Below, piece after piece: positions 55,308-64,000 of a stretch of DNA of 64,000 nucleotides. Within the stretch, counting starts at the first letter, position 1. The number at the start of each line of letters is the position of its first letter. Under the pieces are notes generated by a model. The model searched no databases. It worked only from the letters and a program-made list of their open reading frames with translations, and had not been told where the DNA came from. The translations under genes and the position numbers were made by a program. This stretch comes from Deferrisomatales bacterium. Its GTDB lineage: Bacteria; Desulfobacterota; Deferrisomatia; Deferrisomatales; JACRMM01. The DNA lies in NCBI GenBank assembly GCA_033551855.1, contig JAWSUI010000002.1, forward strand, positions 1 through 64,000, given 5' to 3'.

Positions 55308-56183
55308 ATGGGCGTGGCCAACGAGCCCAAGGTGATCGCAGCCGTGGATCTCTCCGAAGTCTCGCCGGCGGTGGCTGTCACGGGGGCGCGCCTGGCACAC
55401 CGCCTCGGAGGGGGCTGCCTGGTGGTCCACGTGGTGGAGGCCCTTTCCGGGGAGGAGGACGCCGGCCCCCTGCTGCCGGTCCTGCGGCGGTGGGTGGAGG
55501 GGGTGCGCCGGGAAGCGCGGGAGGGACTGGCCCGGCTCCTCGCCGACCCCGCGCTCCGCGGCTACGCGGTCCGGGGCCAGATCGCCGAGGGGAAGGGGCA
55601 CTCCCGGATCCTGGAGGCAGCCCGGGGACCCTCCGTAGCCCTGGTGGTGCTGGGCGGGCCGCCCCCGTCCCGCCTCCTCGGCTCGACGGCCGAGCGAGTG
55701 GTCCGCCGCAGCCCCGTGCCGGTCCTGGTGGTCCGCCGGCCCCCGTCGCTGGGCTACACCCGGGTCCTGGTGGGGGTGGACTTCTCGGACGGTGCGGGCC
55801 GGGCCCTGGAGCAGGCCTTGGCCCTGGCCGAGGGAGGGGCCCGGATCACCGCCTGCCACGTCCTCGACACCCTGGGGCATCCCCCTACAGAGGAGGTGCT
55901 CCGGGCTGCGCAGGGCGTGGAGGGGCGCGTCCGGGCGTGGACCGAGGAGAGGACCGGCACCGCCGTGGACGTGCGGGTGGAGCCCGGTCGCCCCAGGGAG
56001 GTGCTCCTGCAGGCGGCGAAGGAGGTGTCAGCGGATCTCCTCGCCGTGGGCGGCAGGGGAAGAGGAACCCTCAAGCAGCTCCTCCTTGGGTCGGTGGCGG
56101 AGGCGGCGGCCCGACGGGCCCCTTGCGACGTGCTGGTGGTCCCCTCCCCGGGGGGCGGGGAGCGGTGGGAGGAGGCCGATTGA
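55308..56183 (+). CDS. Tandem-domain universal stress protein
   Basis: AAVDLS...LGSTAERVVR..PVPVLVV and GVDFS...LLGSVAE..AR..PCDVLVV. Confidence 0.9.
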   Translation: MGVANEPKVIAAVDLSEVSPAVAVTGARLAHRLGGGCLVVHVVEALSGEEDAGPLLPVLRRWVEGVRREAREGLARLLADPALRGYAVRGQIAEGKGHSRILEAARGPSVALVVLGGPPPSRLLGSTAERVVRRSPVPVLVVRRPPSLGYTRVLVGVDFSDGAGRALEQALALAEGGARITACHVLDTLGHPPTEEVLRAAQGVEGRVRAWTEERTGTAVDVRVEPGRPREVLLQAAKEVSADLLAVGGRGRGTLKQLLLGSVAEAAARRAPCDVLVVPSPGGGERWEEAD

Positions 56184-56938
56184 GGCCGGTGCTTCGGCTC
56201 CCCGCCCTGTTCGCGGCTGGGCTCGCAGGCCTTCTCCTCGGCCCGCTCGCCGCGGCCGGGTGGCGGCGGGGGGCGGTTCGCCTGTGGTGTCGCGTGGCGG
56301 CCTGGGCGGTGGGTCTGCGGATTCTCCGGGAGGGGAACCCTCCTCCCCCGGGATCCCTCGTGGCGGCCAATCACGTGGGATATCTGGACATTCTCGCCCT
56401 GGGGGCCACCACCCCCGGGCGCTTCCTCGCCAAAGCGGAGGTCGCGGGCTGGCCCCTCCTCGGTCTCCTTGCCCGGTGCGGCGGCGCCATCTTCGTAGAG
56501 CGGGAGCAGGCCCGTGCTTCCCTGGAGGCCTTGGGCGCTCTCGAGGCCCACCAGGAGGCGGGTGAGACCGTGGTGTTCTTTCCCGAGGCGGGGGTCGCGC
56601 CCGACGCCCGCACCCTCGGACCCTTTCGGCCAATGGCCTTCGAGGCCTGTGTGCGGACGGGCAGGCCCACGGTGCCTGTGGCCCTCCGCTACACCCGCCC
56701 CTCGGACCCGCGCGTCTGGGGCTGGATCGAGGAGCCGAGTCTCTGGCGCCACCTGTGGAACCGCCTCCTGCCCGCCGGGCCCATCGAGGTCACCGTGCAC
56801 TTCGGCGCCCCCCTGTATCCTGAGCCGGGCACCGATCGCAAGGTACTGGCCGGCAGGGCCCGGCAGGCCGTGCTCGAGCTCCTGGGCGGGCACGGCCCCT
56901 CGGACTTTCCCCCCCCTCGCGGTACGGGAGGACCTTGA
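56180..56938 (+). CDS. Lysophospholipid acyltransferase (PlsC/OlsA-like)
   Basis: ANHVGYLD, FLAKAEV..WP and FFPEA motifs; TTG start overlapping the USP stop. Confidence 0.85.
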   Translation: MRPVLRLPALFAAGLAGLLLGPLAAAGWRRGAVRLWCRVAAWAVGLRILREGNPPPPGSLVAANHVGYLDILALGATTPGRFLAKAEVAGWPLLGLLARCGGAIFVEREQARASLEALGALEAHQEAGETVVFFPEAGVAPDARTLGPFRPMAFEACVRTGRPTVPVALRYTRPSDPRVWGWIEEPSLWRHLWNRLLPAGPIEVTVHFGAPLYPEPGTDRKVLAGRARQAVLELLGGHGPSDFPPPRGTGGP

Positions 56939-58710
56939 ACGTGGTGCACGACCCGCTCTTGCCGGAGCCGACGCTCCTCCGGGCCCTGGAGGCCCGAGTG
57001 CACCTGTCGGGCTCCGAGACGTGGCTGAAGCTGTACGTCCGGGACCGCTTGGCCTGCACCCTCACGTACGGGGAGCTCTGGGCGGGCGCCCGTGCCTGGG
57101 CTGCGCACCTGCGGGTGAGGGGGGTCGAACCGGGGGATCGGGTGTTGCTCCTGCTTCCCACGGAGCAGGCCTTCTACGAGTCGTACTGGGGCATTCTCCT
57201 GGCGGGTGCGGTCCCCGTGCCGGCGTACCCGCCGGTCCGTCTGAGCCGCATGGAGGAGTACCTCCAGGCCCTGGGCGGGCTCGTTCGGGGCAGCGGGGCC
57301 CGAGCCCTGGTCACGAGCGACGCGATTCGGCCCCTGGTGCGACCCGTGCAGGACGCGGGCGGAAGCGCCTTGCCCTTCGTGGTGCCCCAGGAGGTGACGG
57401 CGCGCGAGGGAGGCCAGGAGGTTCCGGAAATCGAGGTCCGGCCCGAGGATCTGGGCCTGCTCCAGTACACCTCGGGGAGCACGGGCCGCCAGAAGGGGGT
57501 CATGCTCACCCACGCCAACCTCCTTGCGAACCTCCGGGCCATTGGCCGGGGGGTGGAACTCGGCCCGGGGGACGTAGCCGTGTCGTGGCTTCCCCTGTAC
57601 CACGACATGGGGCTCATCGGGCTGATGCTGGGTTCCCTGTATTGGGGCATCCCCCTCGTGGCACTCTCCCCGATCGACTTCCTGCGCCGGCCCGTCCGCT
57701 GGCTCCGGGCCTTGTCGGAGCACCGGGGTACGGTCTCCGCAGGCCCCAACTTCGCCTTCAGCCTTGCAGCGCGCAAGATCCGGGACGCAGACCTGCAGGG
57801 GATGGACCTCTCGTCCTGGCGGGTGGCCCTGTGCGGGGCCGAGCCGATCCACCCGACGACCATCGAAACGTTCACCCGCCGGTTCGCGCCGCACGGGTTC
57901 CGTCCGGAGGCCTTCTTCCCGGCCTACGGCCTGGCCGAGAACACCCTGGCGGTCTCCTTCTCCGCGTTGGGGCAGCGGCCCCACGTGGAGCACGTGGATG
58001 CAGGGGTCCTGGAAACCGAGGGACGGGCCGTGCGGGTCGGCTCGGTGGAGGGATCCCGTGCCATCGTGAGCGTGGGGCGGGCCCTCGAGACGATCGAGGT
58101 GGCCATCGCGGATGATGCCGGCGGACCCGCCCCGGCCGGGACCCGGGGTGAGGTGCTCGTGCGGGGGCCTTCGGTCATGGCCGGGTACTTCGGCAACCCC
58201 GAAGCCACCGCTGCGGCCCTCGCCGGGGGTTGGCTGCACACCGGGGATCTGGGCTTCCTGCTCGACGGCCACCTCTTCATCTGCGGGCGCAAGAAGGACA
58301 TGGTCATCAAGGCAGGCCGGAACTACTTCGCCGAGGACCTAGAGGCGGCGGCCGTGGCCCTGGCCGGGGTGCGCCCCGGGGGGGTGGCGGTCTTTGCGGT
58401 GGAGAACGAGGTCCGGGGCACCGAGGAGGTGGTCCTCGTGGCGGAGATCCGGGAGGGGGCCGAGCGCAGGGGCCTTGCGGAGGCCCTCCAGGCCCGGGTG
58501 AGTGAGGCGACCGGGTGCCGCCCCGATCGGGTCGTCCTCGTTGCGCCCCACACGCTGGCGAAGACCTCGTCGGGAAAGATCCAGCGCTTCCGGGTCCGGG
58601 CCTGGTACCTCGATGGGAGCCTCGCCTCCCGAGGGGGGGAGCGGCAGACGACGGGGTTCTGGACCTACCTGAAGGCTTGGTTGCGGGACAAGTTGCGGGG
58701 GAGAGACTGA
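56935..58710 (+). CDS. Fatty acyl-AMP ligase (FAAL)
   Basis: LQYTSGSTG..KGV, WLPLYHDMGLIG, YGLAENTL, TGDLG and KTSSGKIQR motifs. Confidence 0.9.
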   Translation: MNVVHDPLLPEPTLLRALEARVHLSGSETWLKLYVRDRLACTLTYGELWAGARAWAAHLRVRGVEPGDRVLLLLPTEQAFYESYWGILLAGAVPVPAYPPVRLSRMEEYLQALGGLVRGSGARALVTSDAIRPLVRPVQDAGGSALPFVVPQEVTAREGGQEVPEIEVRPEDLGLLQYTSGSTGRQKGVMLTHANLLANLRAIGRGVELGPGDVAVSWLPLYHDMGLIGLMLGSLYWGIPLVALSPIDFLRRPVRWLRALSEHRGTVSAGPNFAFSLAARKIRDADLQGMDLSSWRVALCGAEPIHPTTIETFTRRFAPHGFRPEAFFPAYGLAENTLAVSFSALGQRPHVEHVDAGVLETEGRAVRVGSVEGSRAIVSVGRALETIEVAIADDAGGPAPAGTRGEVLVRGPSVMAGYFGNPEATAAALAGGWLHTGDLGFLLDGHLFICGRKKDMVIKAGRNYFAEDLEAAAVALAGVRPGGVAVFAVENEVRGTEEVVLVAEIREGAERRGLAEALQARVSEATGCRPDRVVLVAPHTLAKTSSGKIQRFRVRAWYLDGSLASRGGERQTTGFWTYLKAWLRDKLRGRD

Positions 58711-58800
58711 GGGCGGCGGCAGGGGGAGGTTGCCTCCTGCCCGGGAACGGGGCGGGCCCGCCGCCCGCGTTGCGGTGGACGGACGGAGGAGGGCAGGAGA

Positions 58801-59886
58801 ATGGGCGAGATCCGCGTCGCCTTGGTGGGCGTCGGAAACTGCGCGGCGGCCCTGCTGCAGGGGATCGAATATCACCGGCGCCACCTCGGTGACTCGGCCG
58901 GTCTCATGCACCGGGAGGTGGGCGGCTATCTGCCCTGGGACCTCAGGGTCGTGGCCGCGTTCGACGTGGACGCGCGCAAGGTGGGGCTGCCCCTGGACGA
59001 GGCCCTCCGCGCCCCTCCCAACTGCATCCTCCCCCTCTGTCCCGACCTCCCCCCTTCCGATGTCGTGGTGCAGATGGGGTCCGTCCTCGACGGGGTGGCG
59101 CCCCACATGGCCGAGTACCCGGAGCACCGCGCCTTCCGGGTCGCGTCCCGGGAGCCCGTGGACGTGGCGCGCGTGCTCCGGGAGTCGCGCGCGGAGATCC
59201 TGCTGAGCTACCTGCCGGTGGGTAGCGAAGACGCGAGTCGCTTCTACGCCCGTTGCTGTCTGGAAACGGGGGTCTCCCTGGTCAACTGCATGCCGGCGTT
59301 TCTCGTGTCCGACCCGGAGTGGGGGGAGCGGTTTCGGCGCGCAGGGATCCCGTGCGTGGGGGACGACGTCAAGAGCCAGGTGGGGGCCACCGTGATCCAC
59401 CGGGTCCTCGCCCGGCTCTTCGCCGAGCGGGGCGCCCGGCTGGAGCGCACCTACCAGCTCAACACCGGGGGGAACACCGACTTCCTCAACATGCTGGAAA
59501 GGGGTCGCCTGGCTTCAAAGAAGGTCTCCAAGACCGAGGCCGTCCAGTCGGTGCTGCCCCGGCCCCTGTCCCCCGACCACATCCACATCGGCCCCTCCGA
59601 CTACGTGCCGTGGCAGGAAGACAACAAGGTGTGCTTCCTGAGACTGGAGGCCGTGGGCTTCGGCGGCTCCCCCATCGAGCTCGAGGCAAGGCTGTCGGTG
59701 CAGGACTCCCCAAACTCCGGCGGGGTCGCCGTGGATGCGGTGCGGGTCTGCAAGGTGGCCCGGGACCGGGGTGAGGCCGGGCCGCTCGTGCCCATCTCCG
59801 CCTACACCATGAAGCACCCCCCCGTGCAGATGAGCGAGCCCGACGCCCGGGAGCGCATCGAGGCCTGGCTGGCCCAGGCCGTGTGA
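58801..59886 (+). CDS. ino1: Inositol-3-phosphate synthase
   Basis: GVGNCA, GDDVKSQVGAT, YQLNTGGNTDFLNM, SKKVSKT and DSPNSGG motifs. Confidence 0.95.
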   Translation: MGEIRVALVGVGNCAAALLQGIEYHRRHLGDSAGLMHREVGGYLPWDLRVVAAFDVDARKVGLPLDEALRAPPNCILPLCPDLPPSDVVVQMGSVLDGVAPHMAEYPEHRAFRVASREPVDVARVLRESRAEILLSYLPVGSEDASRFYARCCLETGVSLVNCMPAFLVSDPEWGERFRRAGIPCVGDDVKSQVGATVIHRVLARLFAERGARLERTYQLNTGGNTDFLNMLERGRLASKKVSKTEAVQSVLPRPLSPDHIHIGPSDYVPWQEDNKVCFLRLEAVGFGGSPIELEARLSVQDSPNSGGVAVDAVRVCKVARDRGEAGPLVPISAYTMKHPPVQMSEPDARERIEAWLAQAV

Positions 59887-60527
59887 TGTTGGCCGGTACC
59901 GGGGCGGAGCGGGTCTTCCGCAGGCTGCTCGAGGGCTGCCTCGTGGCGCCCCTGGCGCGCGCCGGCGTGGTTCCGGACCACCTGACCGCTGTGGGGCTCG
60001 TGCTGTCGGCTCTGGCGGGGCTCCTGGCCCTCGGGGCTCCCCCGGCCGCCGCGGTTGCGCTGCTGGCGGCGGGGCTCCTGGACGGCCTGGACGGGTCCCT
60101 GGCCAGGGCGACGGGGAGGGCGAGCCGTGCCGGGGCGTTCCTCGATTCCACCCTGGACCGCTACGGGGAGTTCCTGGTGCTCCTGGGGGTCTGGGGTTGG
60201 CTCGCTCGGCTGGGCTGGGGCGGCTGGGGAGGGCTCCTGGCCCTGGCCGCGCTCCAGGGGGCGCTCATGGTGAGCTACACCCGAGCCCGGGCCGAGGGCC
60301 TTGGGCACGGCCTGCGGGGCGGGGTTTTCGAACGCCCCGAGAGGCTCCTCGTCCTAGCGGCGGGCCTCCTGGCGAGCGCGGGGGAGGGGCGGTGGGGCCT
60401 CGCCCCGGGGACGGTGCTCCTGGCGACCTTGGGGGTCCTGGGCCTGGGGGCCAACGTCACCGCGGTCCGGCGGGTCCTGCGGGGCCGGCGGGCCCTAGCG
60501 GTGTCCGAGCCTGCGCCCGGCTCCTGA
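59883..60527 (+). CDS. CDP-alcohol phosphotransferase (phosphatidylinositol-phosphate synthase-like)
   Basis: DGLDGSLAR...GAFLDSTLDR signature, SYTRARAE, ERPER; multiple TM helices. Confidence 0.88.
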   Translation: MMLAGTGAERVFRRLLEGCLVAPLARAGVVPDHLTAVGLVLSALAGLLALGAPPAAAVALLAAGLLDGLDGSLARATGRASRAGAFLDSTLDRYGEFLVLLGVWGWLARLGWGGWGGLLALAALQGALMVSYTRARAEGLGHGLRGGVFERPERLLVLAAGLLASAGEGRWGLAPGTVLLATLGVLGLGANVTAVRRVLRGRRALAVSEPAPGS

Positions 60528-60613
60528 GGGGCGGGGAGATTACGACCGGCCCCTCGAAGCTTGTCGGGATGTGTGGCGAAGGATTCCCGGCCGAGGAGCG
60601 GCGTGTTTGGGGG

Positions 60614-61114
60614 TCACCCGCCCAGGGGGGAGAACCGCCCCCAGGCCCCGAGCTGCCGGTAGGCCTCGTAGACCGCCACCCCGACGGCCGCGGAGAGGTT
60701 GATGCTGCGCACGGGGCCCCAAATGGGGATGCGGCAGCAGGCCTCCGGGTGGGCGGCCAGGAGCGCGGGGGGAAGCCCGCGGGTTTCGGGGCCGAAGACC
60801 AGGCGGGCGCCCCGGGCGTAGGGGGCCTGGTCGTAGGGACGGCCCACCCGGGCCGAGAAGTAGAACACCGGCCCGTCCCCCGACGCGGCCAGGGCCTCCG
60901 GGAGACCCGGGTGGTGCCGCACCTCCACGTGCTCCCAGTAGTCGAGCCCCGCCCGCTTGAGGTAGCGGTCGTCGGTGGAAAAACCAAGGGGGTGCACCAG
61001 GTGCAGGGTCGACCCGGTGGCGGCGCACAGGCGGGCCACGTTGCCCGTGTTGGGGGGAATCTCCGGGTTCACCAGGATCACGTGCAGGCGCAGGGGCGCC
61101 GGGCTCACAGTCAA
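60614..61114 (-). CDS. trmL: tRNA (cytidine/uridine34-2'-O)-methyltransferase
   Basis: PEIPPNTGN, RAGLDYW, FGPETRGL and RSINLS motifs. Confidence 0.94.
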   Translation of the reverse strand: MTVSPAPLRLHVILVNPEIPPNTGNVARLCAATGSTLHLVHPLGFSTDDRYLKRAGLDYWEHVEVRHHPGLPEALAASGDGPVFYFSARVGRPYDQAPYARGARLVFGPETRGLPPALLAAHPEACCRIPIWGPVRSINLSAAVGVAVYEAYRQLGAWGRFSPLGG

Positions 61115-63867
61115 CGGTGTCTACCCCCCAGCCAGTCCCGGAGGTAGCGCCCCGTGGGGCCCAGGGCGCGGGCGGCCACCTCGTCCGGTGTGCCGGCGTC
61201 CACCACCGTTCCCCCCTCCTGGCCGCCCCCTGGCCCCAGGTCGATCACCCAGTCCGCCTGGGCCACCAGGTCGAGGTTGTGCTCCACGACCACCACCGTG
61301 CCCCCCCGGTCGATCAGCCGGTGCAGCGTGGCGGCCAGGCGGGCCACGTCCTCGGGGTGGAGCCCCGTGGTGGGCTCGTCGAGCACGTACAGCACGTCCC
61401 GAGTGGCCCGGCCCAAGAGCTCGGAGGCCACCTTGAGGCGCTGGGCCTCCCCCCCCGACAGGGTGTTGGCCGGCTGGCCCAGGACCAGGTAGCCCAGCCC
61501 CATCTCGGCCACGACGTCCAGGGGTCGCCTCACCGCGTCGATGCCGGAGAAGAGCGTGAGCCCCTCGTCCACCGTCAGTCCCAGCACCTCGTGGATGGAA
61601 CGGCCACGGAAGCGAACCGCGAGCACCTCGGGGCGGAACCGCCGCCCCCCGCAGCCCTCGCAGGGGACGTACAGGTCCTCGAAGAAGAGCATCTCGAGCT
61701 GCTCGAACCCCGTACCCTTGCAGCGTTCGCACCGCCCACCGGCGACGTTGAAGGAGAAGTGGCCGGGAGTGAGCCCCAGCCGGCGGCTGGCCGGAAGGGC
61801 CGCGAAGGCGTCGCGCACCGCAGTGTACGCGCCCAAGTAGGTCAAGGGGATCGACCGCGGGGTCCGCCCCATAGGTGACTGGTCCACTTCCCGCACCGCC
61901 TTGGGGAAGGGGGCTCCCCTCGCGGTCACCCCCTCCAGGCTGCCCCGCAGCCCCCGGGATTCCACCGCCGCCACCAGGGTCTCTGCGACCAGGCTCGACT
62001 TCCCCGAGCCCGAAACCCCGGTGACGCAGGTCAGGGCTCCCAGGGGGAAGGCGGCTTCGATCCCCCGGAGGTTGTGGAGGCGGCACCCGTGCAGCACGAG
62101 GTGGCCCCGGGCCGGCCGTATCGGCCGCAGGCGTGGGGCCGCACCCCGGCGTGCGAGGTGGCTGCCGGTTGGGGTGGGTGCGCCCTCCAGGTCGCGGGGA
62201 TGGCCCTCGTACAGGACGCGCCCGCCGCGGCTCCCGCCCCCGGGCCCCAGCTCCACCGCGTGGTCGGCCCTGCGGATGAAGAACAGGTCGTGCTCCACCG
62301 CGACCACCGTGTTGCCCCGGCGGGCCAGGTCGGCGAGAACCTCGGTCAGCACCTCCACGTCCTGGGAGTGGAGTCCGACCGTGGGCTCGTCCAGCACGTA
62401 CAGGGTCCCGGCCAAGCGGTGCTGGAGCTGGAGGGCGAGCGCCGCGCGCTGGGCCTCTCCTCCAGAGAGGGTCCGGGATGCCCGGTCCATGGTCAGGTAG
62501 TGGAGGCCCAGGCGCAGCAGGGTGGCCAGCTTGTCTTCGACCCGCCAGAGGATATCGACGGCACGCTCCCCCAGCTCCGGCGCCAGGGTGCCCACCCAGC
62601 GGGCGAGGTCTGCCAGGGGCAGGGCACTGGCCTCGGCGATGGAGCGCCCCCCCACCGTGACCGCCAGGGACTCGGGCCGCAGCCGCGCGCCGCGGCAGGC
62701 CGGGCAACGGCGCGGCGACCGGTAGCGGGCCAGGAACACCCGCACGTGCATCTTGTACCGTTTGCCTTCCAGATACTGGAAGAAGTCCTTTACCCCCTCC
62801 AGGGGACCCTCCCCTTCCCACACCTGGCGCCGGGCCACGGGGTCGAGCGCGGCCCAGGGGACGTCCAGGGGGATGCCCAGGGAAGGCGCCTCGCTCAGGA
62901 GCTGCTCCTTCCACCAGTGACTGGACGGGCTCTCCCAGGGGGCTACGGCTCCGCCGGCCAAGGTCCGCCCGGGGTCGGGGATCACCTTGGCCTCGTCCCA
63001 CTCCAGCACGGCCCCGAACCCGGTGCAGGTGGGACAGGCTCCCAGGGCGTGGTGGAAGCTGAAGAGGACGGGTCGGGGCTCGGGCAGATCCCGGTCGCAT
63101 TCGTGACAGCGCCGCCGGGTGCCGAAGGCCAGGGAGGGAGCAGCCTCGGGACGAACCCTCGCCGCGCCCCCGCCGAGGCGAAACGCCTCGTCCAGGGCAC
63201 GCGCCAACCGGGCCGGGTCCCGGGAGCGGATGCGCTCGAGCACCAGCGCCCCGTCGGGCCCCGGCAGGGGGGGGAGCTCCCCGGAGTCCAGGCGGTGGAC
63301 CTCGCCGGAGAGCCGTACCCTCGCAAACCCTCGGGTCACGAGGGCACGGGCCCACCCCTCCCGAGGCAGCCCTTCCAGACGATCCAGGGGGATCTCTACG
63401 TCCACGGGGTCCGCAGGGTGGCGGTCCCGGATCTCTCGCGCTGCCGCCTCGGCGCTCCAGGCCCGGCCCGGCCGTCCGCACTGGGGGCAGCGCACCGTGC
63501 CGGCGGTGGCGAACAGCAGGCGGAAGAGGTCATAGAGCTCGGTGGCCGTCCCCACGGTGGAGCGGGCCGAGCGCACGGCGTTGTGCTGGGCCAGGGCGAC
63601 GGCGGGGCGCACGTTCTCCAGCCCGTCCACCTGGGGGCGCGGCATCTTTTCCAGGAGCAGCCTCGCGTAGCTGGGAAGCGATTCCAGGAACCGCCACTGT
63701 CCCTCGGCGAAGAGCGTGTCGAAGGCGAGGCTGGACTTGCCGGAGCCGGAGACGCCGGTGACCGTCACCACGACGTCGTGGGGGATCTCCAGGTCGAAGC
63801 CCGTCAGGTTGTGCTGTCGAGCTCCCCGGATGCGCAGGGGGGCTGGGGGGCTGGGGGGCGGACGCAT
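61111..63867 (-). CDS. uvrA: UvrA-family excinuclease ATPase (probable paralog)
   Basis: Two ABC cassettes (GVSGSGKSS twice, LSGGEAQR twice, LDEPT twice) and CxxC Zn motifs. Confidence 0.9.
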   Translation of the reverse strand: MRPPPSPPAPLRIRGARQHNLTGFDLEIPHDVVVTVTGVSGSGKSSLAFDTLFAEGQWRFLESLPSYARLLLEKMPRPQVDGLENVRPAVALAQHNAVRSARSTVGTATELYDLFRLLFATAGTVRCPQCGRPGRAWSAEAAAREIRDRHPADPVDVEIPLDRLEGLPREGWARALVTRGFARVRLSGEVHRLDSGELPPLPGPDGALVLERIRSRDPARLARALDEAFRLGGGAARVRPEAAPSLAFGTRRRCHECDRDLPEPRPVLFSFHHALGACPTCTGFGAVLEWDEAKVIPDPGRTLAGGAVAPWESPSSHWWKEQLLSEAPSLGIPLDVPWAALDPVARRQVWEGEGPLEGVKDFFQYLEGKRYKMHVRVFLARYRSPRRCPACRGARLRPESLAVTVGGRSIAEASALPLADLARWVGTLAPELGERAVDILWRVEDKLATLLRLGLHYLTMDRASRTLSGGEAQRAALALQLQHRLAGTLYVLDEPTVGLHSQDVEVLTEVLADLARRGNTVVAVEHDLFFIRRADHAVELGPGGGSRGGRVLYEGHPRDLEGAPTPTGSHLARRGAAPRLRPIRPARGHLVLHGCRLHNLRGIEAAFPLGALTCVTGVSGSGKSSLVAETLVAAVESRGLRGSLEGVTARGAPFPKAVREVDQSPMGRTPRSIPLTYLGAYTAVRDAFAALPASRRLGLTPGHFSFNVAGGRCERCKGTGFEQLEMLFFEDLYVPCEGCGGRRFRPEVLAVRFRGRSIHEVLGLTVDEGLTLFSGIDAVRRPLDVVAEMGLGYLVLGQPANTLSGGEAQRLKVASELLGRATRDVLYVLDEPTTGLHPEDVARLAATLHRLIDRGGTVVVVEHNLDLVAQADWVIDLGPGGGQEGGTVVDAGTPDEVAARALGPTGRYLRDWLGGRHR

Positions 63868-63877
63868 GGGCGGTGGG

Positions 63878-63906
63878 ATTATGATCGCTACCCCCGAAAT
63901 GCTCAA
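63878..63906 (-). promoter_or_regulatory. Putative uvrA promoter (near-leaderless)
   Basis: Minus strand TTGAGC, N17, CATAAT, 10 nt upstream of ATG 63867. Confidence 0.55.
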
Positions 63907-63913
63907 GGCGGGG

Positions 63914-63941
63914 TTGACATGGCTCGCCGGGGCGATAAACT
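63914..63941 (+). promoter_or_regulatory. Putative divergent promoter for a gene starting near 63970 (runs off the window)
   Basis: TTGACA, N16, TAAACT; GGAGGAG RBS at 63961 then TTG at 63970. Confidence 0.45.
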
Positions 63942-64000
63942 GACGCGGACTGTTGCCCTGGGAGGAGTCTTGGATCAGGACTACTCGAAACGGTTCTACG

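Overview
This is a GC-rich bacterial chromosomal segment. Gene content and order (cdaA-cdaR-glmM-pdxJ-acpS-nnr-tsaE-lysC-cimA, a PxxKW-type protein, a TatD-rSAM fusion) suggest a deltaproteobacterium/Desulfobacterota (inference). Most of the window is housekeeping: Moco, EF-G paralog, CoA/biotin, tilS-ftsH-folP, c-di-AMP, rplU-rpmA-obg-proBA-nadD-rsfS-gpsA-tmk-holB-metG, greA, purC, trmL and uvrA. Four regions stand out. (1) 1-3750: a type I-E-like CRISPR array (18 repeats plus one orphan repeat, no cas genes in the window) broken by IS ends, with an apparently intact AbiE-like two-gene module sitting inside the array. (2) 31.6-35.6 kb: a MITE with a 3-bp TSD at the stop codon of an HNH nuclease gene, then about 1 kb of repeat-rich, structured non-coding DNA, then a divergent dynamin-like gene. 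(3) 36.5-39.5 kb: an islet at the 3' end of tRNA-Arg(CCG) carrying vapBC and a lipoprotein serpin. (4) 55.3-60.5 kb: a USP / acyltransferase / fatty acyl-AMP ligase / inositol-3-phosphate synthase / CDP-alcohol phosphotransferase cluster, a candidate inositol-lipid pathway. All product calls come from motif recognition by eye; no searches were run.
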